Assembly (NCBI GenBank): GCA_964600395.1
Contig: CAZRLR010000002.1
Coordinates: forward strand, 1 to 54,733
From: an uncultured Conexibacter sp.
GTDB lineage: Bacteria > Actinomycetota > Thermoleophilia > Solirubrobacterales > Solirubrobacteraceae
Direction: 5' to 3'
DNA length: 54,733 nt
In this document: one piece after another, positions 1 to 12,089 of the stretch
Layout of the letters: every line of letters begins with the position of its first letter
Position numbering within the stretch: position 1 is the stretch's first letter
Made by a program: the position numbers and the translations under genes
Notes under the pieces: model-generated
What the model was told of the DNA's origin: nothing
The model's database searches: none
The model's input: the letters and a program-made list of their open reading frames with translations, nothing else

Positions 1-379
1 CGTGCGCGCGAACCTCGTGGGCGCGAACCTCGCGGACGCGGACCTCGCGGGCGCGAACCTCGCGGGCGCGAACCTCGCGGACGCGAACCTCGTGCGCGCG
101 TACCTCGCGGACGCTCTCGTGATGCCCGACGGCCGCACGTGGCGCGCGTACCGCGCCGACCACCTGGCGGGAATCTGCGACGACCAGGATGTGCGGGCAC
201 GGGCCATCGCGGCGTGGGGCTGTCACACGTGGCAGGACTGCCCGATGCACGCGGCTCTCGGCGTGGACGGGATCGCAGATGTCGCGGATGCGAAGCGCGC
301 GGCCGTGGCGGTGTGGATCGCGCTCTACGATGCGGGCCACCTGCCTCGGCCCGAGCCGCTGACCGCGGAGGTCGCATGA
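1..379 (+). CDS. Pentapeptide-repeat protein copy A, C-terminal part (continues from 54546 across the join; about 188 aa in total)
   Basis: A[N/D/Y]Lxx repeats followed by a Cys/His domain (WGCHTWQDCPMH); in frame with 54546..54733. Confidence 0.88.
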   Translation, partial: VRANLVGANLADADLAGANLAGANLADANLVRAYLADALVMPDGRTWRAYRADHLAGICDDQDVRARAIAAWGCHTWQDCPMHAALGVDGIADVADAKRAAVAVWIALYDAGHLPRPEPLTAEVA

Positions 380-498
380 CCACCGACCGATGCGACCGCG
401 CGGACTGCCGCGCCGAGCGGCACCAGCACGCGAACGACCTCGGTGGCGTGCAGCTCGCCGCGCTCCGACTCGCGCTGGCGCTCGGTGAAGCGCCGCCC
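1..498 (+). repeat. Right part of duplication unit A (54470..54733 + 1..~498)
   Basis: 113..476 is identical by eye to 1054..1417. Confidence 0.9.
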
Positions 499-711
499 GT
501 GACGCTCGCCGAGCAGCTGCGCGCCGCTCGCGAGGCCGCCGGCCTCACGCAGCAGGACCTCGCGGTCCGGGCGGGCGTCTCGATGATGACCGTCTCGCGT
601 ATCGAGCGGGGCGCGACCACCGAGTCACGCGGTGCCGTCGAGAAGATCGCGGCGGCGCTGGATCGGCGTGCGGGGGACGTGGAATCCGGGGGCTCCGCGC
701 AAGCGGCGTAG
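376..711 (+). CDS. Chimeric XRE-family HTH protein at the duplication junction
   Basis: ATGA overlap with the upstream stop. HTH core LAEQLRAAREAAGLTQQDLAVRAGVSMMTVSRIERG. N-terminus matches 1317..1556; C-terminus matches 54297..54533. Confidence 0.85.
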   Translation: MTTDRCDRADCRAERHQHANDLGGVQLAALRLALALGEAPPVTLAEQLRAAREAAGLTQQDLAVRAGVSMMTVSRIERGATTESRGAVEKIAAALDRRAGDVESGGSAQAA

Positions 712-1433
712 GAGGGGAGGACCGTGGACCGAGAGACGCTGGACAGGATCATCAGTCTGCACCGCGTGTGGCTGATGGGCGAGGAGGGTGGGGCGCGCGC
801 GAACCTCGCGGACGCGAACCTCACGCGCGCGGACCTCGCGGAGGCGGACCTCGCGCGCGCGAACCTTGCGGGCGCGAACCTCGCGGACGCGGACCTCGTG
901 GGCGCGTACCTCGTGGGCGCGGACCTCGCGCGCGCGGACCTCACGGACGCGGACCTCACGCGCGCGAACCTCGCGGGCGCGGACCTCACGGACGCGAACC
1001 TCGCGCGCGCGTACCTCGCGGGCGCGAACCTCGCGGGCGCGGACCTCGCGGGCGCTCTCGTGATGCCCGACGGCCGCACGTGGCGCGCGTACCGCGCCGA
1101 CCACCTGGCGGGAATCTGCGACGACCAGGATGTGCGGGCACGGGCCATCGCGGCGTGGGGCTGTCACACGTGGCAGGACTGCCCGATGCACGCGGCTCTC
1201 GGCGTGGACGGGATCGCAGATGTCGCGGATGCGAAGCGCGCGGCCGTGGCGGTGTGGATCGCGCTCTACGATGCGGGCCACCTGCCTCGGCCCGAGCCGC
1301 TGACCGCGGAGGTCGCATGACCACCGACCGATGCGACCGCGCGGACTGCCGCGCCGAGCGGCACCAGCACGCGAACGACCTCGGTGGCGTGCAGCTCGCC
1401 GCGCTCCGACTCGCGCTCGGGGAGGCGCCGCCG
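648..1433 (+). repeat. Duplication unit B
   Basis: The 5' part matches 54470 onward with about 8 substitutions; the 3' part is identical to 113..476. Confidence 0.9.
724..1320 (+). CDS. Pentapeptide-repeat protein copy B (198 aa)
   Basis: GGAGG RBS; HRVWL..GGARA followed by 15-nt A[N/D/Y]Lxx repeats; same C-terminal domain as copy A. Confidence 0.92.
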   Translation: MDRETLDRIISLHRVWLMGEEGGARANLADANLTRADLAEADLARANLAGANLADADLVGAYLVGADLARADLTDADLTRANLAGADLTDANLARAYLAGANLAGADLAGALVMPDGRTWRAYRADHLAGICDDQDVRARAIAAWGCHTWQDCPMHAALGVDGIADVADAKRAAVAVWIALYDAGHLPRPEPLTAEVA

Positions 1434-1556
1434 GACACGGTCGAGGACGCCAAGGCGCGGGTCGCGTGGCTCACCGACGAGCCGAGCGGCGAGGTCCTGC
1501 GGCCAGAGGTGCGGGAGCGGTTCGAGCGCGAGGAGCGAGAGAGGGGTGCGGCGTGA
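1317..1556 (+). CDS. Hypothetical protein (MTTDRCDRADC...)
   Basis: Translationally coupled at both ends (ATGA, GTGA); GC3-rich frame. Confidence 0.7.
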   Translation: MTTDRCDRADCRAERHQHANDLGGVQLAALRLALGEAPPDTVEDAKARVAWLTDEPSGEVLRPEVRERFEREERERGAA

Positions 1557-1780
1557 GCGACAAGACGAAGCACGACGACGGCGGGCCGGCGTTCGCATGT
1601 CCTGGAACCCAGTGGGCGTACGGCTCGCGCGGCATGTCGCTCCGCGACTGGTTCGCGGGGCAGGCGCTCGCGGGCTTCGTCGCCACCGCCACCGCGCAAG
1701 ACACGATCGAATCAGCCGACGAGATCGCGATGTCCGTGTACCGACTCGCCGACGCGATGCTCGACGCGAGGAAGCTGTGA
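1553..1780 (+). CDS. Conserved small phage early protein (GGPAF...GMSLRDWFA...ADAML family)
   Basis: Recognisable motifs GGPAF, GMSLRDWFAGQAL and YRLADAML. Confidence 0.8.
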   Translation: MSDKTKHDDGGPAFACPGTQWAYGSRGMSLRDWFAGQALAGFVATATAQDTIESADEIAMSVYRLADAMLDARKL

Positions 1781-1959
1781 TCGACCTCGCGCTCGCCCTC
1801 GCCATCCTCGCGGCGCTCTGCGCGCTGCCCGCGTGGACGCAGGCGTTCGCGCGCTGGGGTGTGACCGCTCCCTTGCCGTCAGTACGACGCGATCCGGACG
1901 CGTCGCCGACCACGGCTCGCGAGCGGTCGCTCTCGAACGCACGACGACGGGCCGCCTAG
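1777..1959 (+). CDS. Small membrane protein
   Basis: GTGA coupling; hydrophobic N-terminus IDLALALAILAALCAL. Confidence 0.6.
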   Translation: MIDLALALAILAALCALPAWTQAFARWGVTAPLPSVRRDPDASPTTARERSLSNARRRAA

Positions 1960-1980
1960 CGGCAGGGGAGGGGGGAACCG

Positions 1981-2385
1981 ATGCACGGACAGGTGCTCGA
2001 GATGCGGCAGGAGGTGCTCGCGGTGGATGCGGCGGGGACGGAGACGTGCCGAGGGTGCGGCGAGAGCAAGCCCGCCGCCGAGTTCAAGGACAAGGTCCGC
2101 CAGTGCCGTTACTGCACCTGGGTGGGCGGGATCACGGCCGGCATCACGCGGCTCGTGAAGCGCCTCCGGCCGGGCTCTCGGCGCGACGTCCTCCTGGTCA
2201 TGCTGAGCTGCACGATCGACGCGATCAAGGCGCTCGATCCGCGACTCGGCGGCGCGCTCGCGTCGGTCGTGGCGGCGGTCACGGCGACCCACGCTGCGCC
2301 GGCCGACCCGCACGCGAAGGAGCGCGCCGAGCTCGAGGCGCAGGCGGCGGAGATCCAGGCGCGGCTCAGGAAGCTGGGGAAGTGA
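1981..2385 (+). CDS. Hypothetical protein with a CxxC-CxxC zinc ribbon
   Basis: G-rich RBS; CRGC...CRYC; C-terminal coiled coil. Confidence 0.7.
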   Translation: MHGQVLEMRQEVLAVDAAGTETCRGCGESKPAAEFKDKVRQCRYCTWVGGITAGITRLVKRLRPGSRRDVLLVMLSCTIDAIKALDPRLGGALASVVAAVTATHAAPADPHAKERAELEAQAAEIQARLRKLGK

Positions 2386-2411
2386 CAACCGATCGGATGG
2401 GGAGGAACAAC

Positions 2412-2720
2412 ATGGGACGACGACGGAATACCGAAGGCGAGGCACCGGCACCGAAGCGCGAGCGCGCGAAGTGGCCGAGCAAGAACGAACAGCTCGCGGC
2501 GCTGCGCGCGAAGGGGTGGACCGAGGCTGAGGCGTACGCGTTCCTCGGGATCAGCACGCGGCGGCTCAGCGTGACCGTCAAGGTGCGGCTGCCGCGCGAC
2601 GTGTACGCGGCGCTCGACGTGGACGGCGGAGAGACCGTGGCGGAGGCGCTCGTGCGGCTCGCGACGGCGGAGGCCGGCGAGCGTGCGACGGCCGAGCGCG
2701 CGGAGCGAGACGTGGCATGA
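2412..2720 (+). CDS. Probable small DNA-binding protein
   Basis: GGAGGA RBS; basic N-terminus; HTH-like GWTEAEAYAFLGIS and RHH-like VKVRLPRDVYAAL. Confidence 0.55.
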   Translation: MGRRRNTEGEAPAPKRERAKWPSKNEQLAALRAKGWTEAEAYAFLGISTRRLSVTVKVRLPRDVYAALDVDGGETVAEALVRLATAEAGERATAERAERDVA

Positions 2721-2995
2721 GCCCAGCCCCGCCATTCCCGCTCCACGGCGCCGTGCCCGAGTCGCTCGTCGAGCTCTGCCGCGCGCGCTCGACGGCAGAG
2801 GCGCGAGTCGTCGACGTGCGGGTGTCGGCGGGGCTCTTCTCGGTGTGCCTCCGCACGCCGCGCGGGACGCTCTACCTGCGCGTCGACGCCGAGGGACGGC
2901 AGCGGCGGGTGTCGCCGTACGGGATCGAGCAGGTGGTGTACGGGTGGCTCGAGGGGTGGCCGATACGCGAAGAGGCGCCGCCGACGGCGGCGTGA
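2717..2995 (+). CDS. Hypothetical protein
   Basis: ATGA coupling; codon bias. Confidence 0.65.
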   Translation: MSPAPPFPLHGAVPESLVELCRARSTAEARVVDVRVSAGLFSVCLRTPRGTLYLRVDAEGRQRRVSPYGIEQVVYGWLEGWPIREEAPPTAA

Positions 2996-3045
2996 CGATG
3001 GGCAACGAACCTCGCCGCGACCACGGCGCACACAAGGAGGAAGGC

Positions 3046-4245
3046 ATGGCTTCACCGCAGGCAGCAGCGCCGCAGCAGCGGCAGAACACCGCGATCGCAC
3101 GTCGTCCCGAGCAGGCGGTCGGGACCTTCAGGGATCCCCAACGGGTGACGGAGGCGCTTCGTCAGGCGCTCTCGATCGGTCACCTGGTGAGCCCGGCGAC
3201 CGTGTGCGGCTCGCTCCCCGAGGGGTGCGAGGTCGCGCTCTCGACGGTCCTGATCGACGTCGCGCGCGAGACCTACAACACGGGCGGCGACCTCTACGGC
3301 CTCTCGAAGACGGCTCTGGATCGGATCTCGGCGGGCGTAGGGGTGTCGTGGCTGGAGATCACGCGCCTCGACAACGGCCGCCACCCGCTCGTCCGTGAGT
3401 ACGAGGTGGCGGGCGTCTACCGCGCCTTCGACGGTCAGGAGCAGTGGATCCGGGACCGGAAGGACCTCGACCTTCGCGAGGGCAGCCCGGACGTCGACGC
3501 GATCCGCTCGCGCGCGAAGGACGGGAAGAGTGCCGACAAGCAGCTCCGCGACATGCGGATGTTCATCGACGAGCACTGCATCACGAAGGCGCGGCTGCGC
3601 GCGATCCGAACCCTCGGGCTGCGCACGGGCTACACGAAGGACGAGCTCGGGCGGCCGTTCGTCACGGCTCGGATCCTCTTCACCGGCCGCACCGACGACC
3701 CCGCGCTGCGCCGCCTCTTCGCAGAGAAGACCGCGGAGGCATTCCTCGGGGGCCGCGCGGGGCTCTACGGGCCGAGCCAGCGGCAGCCGCAGCGGACGAT
3801 CGAGGCGCGACCGATGGAGGCGCTGCCGGTCGCGAGCGATCTGGTGGACGAGGAGCCGCGCCGCGAGCTGCCGCCGAGCAGCGCGGGCGGCGCTCCGCCG
3901 CTCGCGGCAGCGCCTCCGCCGGCCGCGGAGCAGCGCTCGACCCAGGCCGACACCGGTCCGCAGCCGCGGCCGAACGGCATGGACACCCGCGAGTTCCGGA
4001 TCCCTGGGGGCAAGGCCAAGGGCACCACGCTCGACCAGGCGGACGACCGCGAGCTCGAGTACTGGGGCGGGCGCCTCGCCGGCGATCTCGACTCGGGCAA
4101 GACGGACTCGCGGTACCGCGAGCGGGACGAGCGGCTGCTCCTGGCCATCCAGGGAGAGCAGGCGTACCGGCAGGGGGACACGCCCGACATGTTCGACCAC
4201 GAAGGCTCGGGCAGCGACGTCCGGGACGACGACGTCCCGTACTGA
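3046..4245 (+). CDS. Putative ssDNA-annealing/recombination protein with an SSB-like acidic tail
   Basis: AAGGAGG RBS; TKARLRAIR motif reminiscent of Rad52/Sak-type annealases; Pro/Ala linker; ends in DDDVPY; lies just upstream of the HNH and sbcDC genes. Confidence 0.55.
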   Translation: MASPQAAAPQQRQNTAIARRPEQAVGTFRDPQRVTEALRQALSIGHLVSPATVCGSLPEGCEVALSTVLIDVARETYNTGGDLYGLSKTALDRISAGVGVSWLEITRLDNGRHPLVREYEVAGVYRAFDGQEQWIRDRKDLDLREGSPDVDAIRSRAKDGKSADKQLRDMRMFIDEHCITKARLRAIRTLGLRTGYTKDELGRPFVTARILFTGRTDDPALRRLFAEKTAEAFLGGRAGLYGPSQRQPQRTIEARPMEALPVASDLVDEEPRRELPPSSAGGAPPLAAAPPPAAEQRSTQADTGPQPRPNGMDTREFRIPGGKAKGTTLDQADDRELEYWGGRLAGDLDSGKTDSRYRERDERLLLAIQGEQAYRQGDTPDMFDHEGSGSDVRDDDVPY

Positions 4246-4252
4246 GGCGACC

Positions 4253-4740
4253 GTGAGCGAGACGAAGGTCTGCACCGAGTGCGTCCAGTCGAAGCCGCTT
4301 GAGGGCTTCCACCTCAAGCGGCGCGGCGGAACCTCTCGGCACGCGAAGTGCCGCGCTTGCGAGTCGGCGTACGCACGCGGGCGCTACCTCGCGAAGCGCG
4401 ACGAGATCCTCGAAAAGTCGCGGGCGTGGCGGGAGCGAAACGCTGAGCACGTTCGCGAGCACGCCCGGATGACGTACCGCCGCGACATCGATCGACACCG
4501 GCAGTACCAAGAGCAGTATTTGGCCGAAAACCACATCAAACACGCCGCGCGCGTTGCGGTCAGGAACGCACTCGCAGACGGGACGCTCGCTCGAGCTTGC
4601 CGCTGTGGCATCTGCGGTCGGTCCGACGTCGACCTCGAAGGCCACCACGAGAGCTACGAGCAGGACCGATGGCTCGACGTGAAGTGGCTCTGCCGACTGT
4701 GCCACGCACGCCTGCACGGCGACGAGAAGAGGCAGGCAGC

Positions 4741-4744
<4 letters not shown>
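4253..4744 (+). CDS. HNH-type endonuclease with N-terminal zinc finger
   Basis: CTEC..CRAC, then CGIC...GHHESY..WLDVKWLCRLCHARLH. Confidence 0.8.
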
Positions 4745-8364
<3,620 letters not shown>

Positions 8365-8373
8365 GAGGAAGAA

Positions 8374-8399
8374 GAGCCGGGGGCGACCACCCCCGGCTC
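8374..8399. terminator. GC-rich hairpin after sbcDC (possible terminator or processing site)
   Basis: Perfect 10-bp stem GAGCCGGGGG/CCCCCGGCTC with a 6-nt loop. No U-tract on the + strand; a pyrimidine tract follows it on the - strand. Confidence 0.5.
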
Positions 8400-8427
8400 A
8401 GGTCCCCGCAGGCAGGCGAGGAAGAAC

Positions 8428-8868
8428 ATGAACAGGCTACACGATGCCCCGTCTCACCACACCGACCCCGACGACGACGAACCGCCACCGACCGGCGGCG
8501 GCGCCCACGCGCGCGCCAGCCACGCGGCGCGCTGGCTCGTGCTCGGGGCCTACGCGGCGGGACTCGCGGGCGACGACGAGGCACTCGAGTGGATCTCAGC
8601 CGGGGCCTTCGACGTCGCGTGCCATGTGGCCGGTCTCGACGCGACCGACGTGCGGATCGAGCTGCTGGCCGAGCTCGACCGCGAGGACCATGGGCGCGCG
8701 GCCGGCGCGCGGCAGCGGTTCCTCGCACCTCCGGAGGCGCGGCACGTGACGCGGTGGGACGCCGTGCTCGCCGATCGGCTCGTGGGGCTGGTGAGCACGA
8801 GGGCGCTCGCAGAAGGGCTCAGGCTCGACCGTAGGGGGCTGGCGAGGGCGATGCGGCCGGCGGCGTAG
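8428..8868 (+). CDS. Hypothetical protein
   Basis: GAGGA RBS; codon bias. Confidence 0.65.
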   Translation: MNRLHDAPSHHTDPDDDEPPPTGGGAHARASHAARWLVLGAYAAGLAGDDEALEWISAGAFDVACHVAGLDATDVRIELLAELDREDHGRAAGARQRFLAPPEARHVTRWDAVLADRLVGLVSTRALAEGLRLDRRGLARAMRPAA

Positions 8869-8922
8869 GGTGGCGGTGGTTGGATATCGGTTGGGCGCGG
8901 ATATGGCGCGGGGGGGGTGGGA

Positions 8923-9867
8923 GTGAAGCGGGGGACGCACGAGCACCCGAAGTTCCTCGACCTCACTGCCCGTTTGGGGTGCCGGCCGTCGCAAGCGGTA
9001 GGGCACCTCGAGCTGCTATGGCACTTCGCGGCAAAGTTCGCTCCGGATGGAGCGATCGGCAAGTGGACGAACGGCGCCATCGCGCGCGCCGCCGATTGGA
9101 CAGAAGACCCGGATATTTTCGTTCGCGCCATAGTGGATTCTGGGTGGGTCGACGAGCACTCCGACGAGGCAGTGCGGCTCGTCGTCCACGACTGGCGAGA
9201 CCACGTAGACGACGCCGTCCACATGTCACTTGCTCGAGCAAAGAAGCGATTCGCTGACGGTTCAACCCCGAAACTTGGTCGGCTACCAGAAAAAGAGCGG
9301 AAAGACGCGGAGGCATTCTACTCAGTGATCACTACAGTGCGCACAACAGACACACTCCGTGAGCACGGCGTGAGCACGGATAGCGCACGCCGTGTCGTAG
9401 CCCCGCCCCCCCCCGCCCCCCCACCCCCCCCCTCGCTTTGGCCGGGCGCGGCGCGCGCGCGCCCGACGCCGCCGACGACCGACCACGAACCGCCCACCGA
9501 GCTCGACCAGCCACCGGACCCACGACCGGCCCAGGCCGCCGAGCGCCACCGGGCCGTGCTCGCCGAGGCGCAGCCGACCGTCGAGCGATTCCGCGAGCCG
9601 CGGTTCGGGATCGAGCGGGCCCACTGGGAGCTCGAGTACGCCCGGCTCGCGGCGGACTTTGGGTGGCCGGTCGTCGAAAAGGCGCTCGGCCGACTGGTCG
9701 ATCGGAAGCACTGGCAGGCGAAAATCCGAGACCCGAAAGCGTGGTGGAAGAACCGCGCGATCGAGCAGGCGGCGGCCGAGGTGGACGCCGAGCAGGCGGC
9801 TCCAAGCGGTCGGGCCGCTGAGGCGGAAGCGCTGCGCCGAGACGAGCTTTCGCAGTGGGGCTATTAA
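8923..9867 (+). CDS. Phage replication initiator (replisome-organiser type)
   Basis: N-terminal HPKF..L...AVGHLELLW...GWVD...VHDW domain; low-complexity linker containing an iteron-like array; directly upstream of DnaB. The start could instead be 8917. Confidence 0.75.
   Translation: MKRGTHEHPKFLDLTARLGCRPSQAVGHLELLWHFAAKFAPDGAIGKWTNGAIARAADWTEDPDIFVRAIVDSGWVDEHSDEAVRLVVHDWRDHVDDAVHMSLARAKKRFADGSTPKLGRLPEKERKDAEAFYSVITTVRTTDTLREHGVSTDSARRVVAPPPPAPPPPPSLWPGAARARPTPPTTDHEPPTELDQPPDPRPAQAAERHRAVLAEAQPTVERFREPRFGIERAHWELEYARLAADFGWPVVEKALGRLVDRKHWQAKIRDPKAWWKNRAIEQAAAEVDAEQAAPSGRAAEAEALRRDELSQWGY
9324..9432. promoter_or_regulatory. Putative replication origin inside the initiator gene
   Basis: Six phased (GTG)NN-CAC motifs at about 11-bp period, including tandem CGTGAGCACGG x2, after an A-richer stretch and before a 32-nt C-rich tract. 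Confidence 0.55.
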
Positions 9868-9869
9868 GC

Positions 9870-11201
9870 GTGAATCACGCGACTTCACGCCAAGCGCAGG
9901 CGAGCGTGGTGCCGATCGCGCCCCGCGCATTTGAGGCCGAGCGCGGGCTGATCGCCGCGGTCTCGTACGACCCGACCGTTTGGGCGGCGGCGCGCGAGCT
10001 GCTCACGGCCGACGATTTCGGCGACGGTGCGTGTCGAGCCGCCTGGGGCGCCGCGTGTGAGCTCGACGCGGACGGGATAGCCGTCGATCTCGTGAGCCTC
10101 TCGGATCGCCTCACAGGCCGGATCGAAACGCCTGGCGCGTGGCTCATGGCGGCGCGCGATGCGAACCCGTCGTTTGCTCGGTGGGAGTCGTGGGCTGATC
10201 AGGTGCGCCGCGCGAGCGTGGCGCGTCGAGCGGCCATCCAAGCGACGACGCTCGCGAAGCGCGCCGCCGAGGCATCTGGCAACCCAGAAGCGGTGCTCGT
10301 CGAGGCGTCAGAGAGCCTCTCTCGGCTGGCAACAGAGCTTCATGGACCAGGCGCAACTGACGCGCCCGCCGCCGTGCGCAGCGTGCACGCGGCCTACGTC
10401 GAAGCACGGAACCGCCGAGAGGCCGGGCTCGCGAACGGAGTGCCAACTGGCTTCTGCGAGCTCGACGCGCTCACGGGTGGATGGAAGCGCGGGAACATGG
10501 TCGTAATCGGCGCGCGGCCGTCGATCGGGAAGAGCGCGCTCGCAACGCAGCTCCTAGCGTCCGCGTGTCGCGCCGGTCACTACGTCGCGTTCTTCTCGCT
10601 CGAGATGACCCGCGACGAGATCATGCAGCGTGCCGCTGCGCAAGTTGGCGGCGTGCCGCTGCGCCCGTTGATCGAGGGGAACCTCATGCCAGCAGACGAG
10701 GCCGACTTCGACTCGGCGCTGCGCGAGATCGAGACGTGGCCGTTCGAGATCGACGAGCGCGCCGCGCTGCTCAACTCGCAAGTGGCCGCGACGTGCCAGC
10801 GCTGGCACACAAAGCGTCCGCTCGGGCTCGTCGTGCTCGACTACCTGAACCTTGCGCGCGCCGCGAACATGCCGCGAAGCTCGAATCGTGAGAACGAGGT
10901 GGGCGCCGTGTCGCGCTCACTCAAGGCGCTGGCGAAGAACCTCAAGTGCCCGGTCGTCGTGCTGGCTCAGCTCAATCGAGAAGGTGAGAAGGTGGGACGG
11001 AAGCCCGTGCTCGCTGATTTGCGCGAGTCGGGATCGATCGAGCAGGACGCAGACATCGTGATATTCCTCCATCGCGAGAAGCGTCTCGACGGATCGGGGT
11101 ACGAGGACGAGACAGCGCTCTGCATCGCGAAACACCGGAACGGACAGACAGGCGTGGTGCGTCTGCGCTACCAGGGCGAAAGGGCGAGGTTCGTGGAATG
11201 A
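9870..11201 (+). CDS. dnaB: Replicative DNA helicase
   Basis: GARPSIGKS, FFSLEM, VLDYL, AQLNRE, LRESGSIEQDAD, KHRNG. Confidence 0.95.
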   Translation: MNHATSRQAQASVVPIAPRAFEAERGLIAAVSYDPTVWAAARELLTADDFGDGACRAAWGAACELDADGIAVDLVSLSDRLTGRIETPGAWLMAARDANPSFARWESWADQVRRASVARRAAIQATTLAKRAAEASGNPEAVLVEASESLSRLATELHGPGATDAPAAVRSVHAAYVEARNRREAGLANGVPTGFCELDALTGGWKRGNMVVIGARPSIGKSALATQLLASACRAGHYVAFFSLEMTRDEIMQRAAAQVGGVPLRPLIEGNLMPADEADFDSALREIETWPFEIDERAALLNSQVAATCQRWHTKRPLGLVVLDYLNLARAANMPRSSNRENEVGAVSRSLKALAKNLKCPVVVLAQLNREGEKVGRKPVLADLRESGSIEQDADIVIFLHREKRLDGSGYEDETALCIAKHRNGQTGVVRLRYQGERARFVE

Positions 11202-11311
11202 ACCACAACCGCCAAACCTGCCCGGCCTGCCGCGTCGGCTATCGCGCAGTGCTCTGGATGGGGCGCGTCTGGCACGTGTGGGACGCGGCGCCGATCTCGA
11301 GGACAACATGA
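11198..11311 (+). CDS. 37-aa CxxC peptide (not in the ORF track)
   Basis: MNHNRQTCPACRVGYRAVLWMGRVWHVW...; ATGA coupling at both ends. Confidence 0.5.
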   Translation: MNHNRQTCPACRVGYRAVLWMGRVWHVWDAAPISRTT

Positions 11312-11739
11312 CCATTCCCCGCACGCTCCGCCTCTCTGGCGCTTCGCCGTCGCACAACGACATCGCGCCGAGCCCGCGCTCGAAGACTCCGTGGTTCCGC
11401 GCCCACGGGTGGCGTGAACGGACGGAGGCCCTCGCTGCTGGCTACCGCCTCGCGCACCGCCTGCCGCGCGAGGACCGCCGGTGCGCTGTCCACGTCGTGC
11501 GCGTGGTCACGTCCAAGCGCCGATTCATCCGTGACGACGCGAACCTGCGCGGCGGGTGCAAGCCGATCATCGACGGGCTCGTGCGCGGCGGGCTGCTCGC
11601 CGAGGATTCCGACGCGTGGATGGCGGCGACGTACCGGCAGGAGGTCGGCGCCGTCGAGTGCACCACCATCACCATCACGCCCGAGGTCGGCGGCGCTCGG
11701 CTTGGGCGCGCGAACGGGCGGAAGCGGAGGGCAGCGTGA
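11308..11739 (+). CDS. rusA: RusA-like Holliday junction resolvase
   Basis: RDDANL...KPIIDGLV..GLLAEDS catalytic pattern. Confidence 0.75.
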   Translation: MTIPRTLRLSGASPSHNDIAPSPRSKTPWFRAHGWRERTEALAAGYRLAHRLPREDRRCAVHVVRVVTSKRRFIRDDANLRGGCKPIIDGLVRGGLLAEDSDAWMAATYRQEVGAVECTTITITPEVGGARLGRANGRKRRAA

Positions 11740-12089
11740 GCGACAAAGCGCAGGCGCGGGCTCATGCACGGCGAAAAGCATACTGGGAGATTGCCCAGTG
11801 GAGCGATGACAAGGCACGGGTCCATCGAGCGAAGTCCATAAAGTCCGATGGCGCTTCGGCAATCATTCACACCGCAAAGGCCGAGGCGTTCGAATCGTGT
11901 AGGGATCGCTCATACCGGAAGGTTGAAGATGAGCCGACCGAGTGGCAAGCATGGATGCCGCTCGATGATGCGAAAGAGCTTCTCGGGGGCCAGCTTAGTG
12001 TGCGCCTCCGGGTCGTCATTGAGACAGCGATAGCCAGGGCTGAGAGGAGCAAGGCCGCAGCCGACATCAAATCCAGAGGTGCAGCATGA
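11736..12089 (+). CDS. Hypothetical protein (lower GC)
   Basis: GTGA/ATGA coupling at both ends. Confidence 0.65.
   Translation: MSDKAQARAHARRKAYWEIAQWSDDKARVHRAKSIKSDGASAIIHTAKAEAFESCRDRSYRKVEDEPTEWQAWMPLDDAKELLGGQLSVRLRVVIETAIARAERSKAAADIKSRGAA

Noticed and set aside
799-1053. 15-nt periodic repeats as a CRISPR array
   Set aside because: There are no unique spacers; the repeats are in-frame pentapeptide codons, and no cas genes are present.
1-1433. Duplicated region as a diversity-generating retroelement TR/VR pair
   Set aside because: No reverse transcriptase is visible, the substitutions are not adenine-specific (G/T, C/T and others), and the 3' parts are identical.
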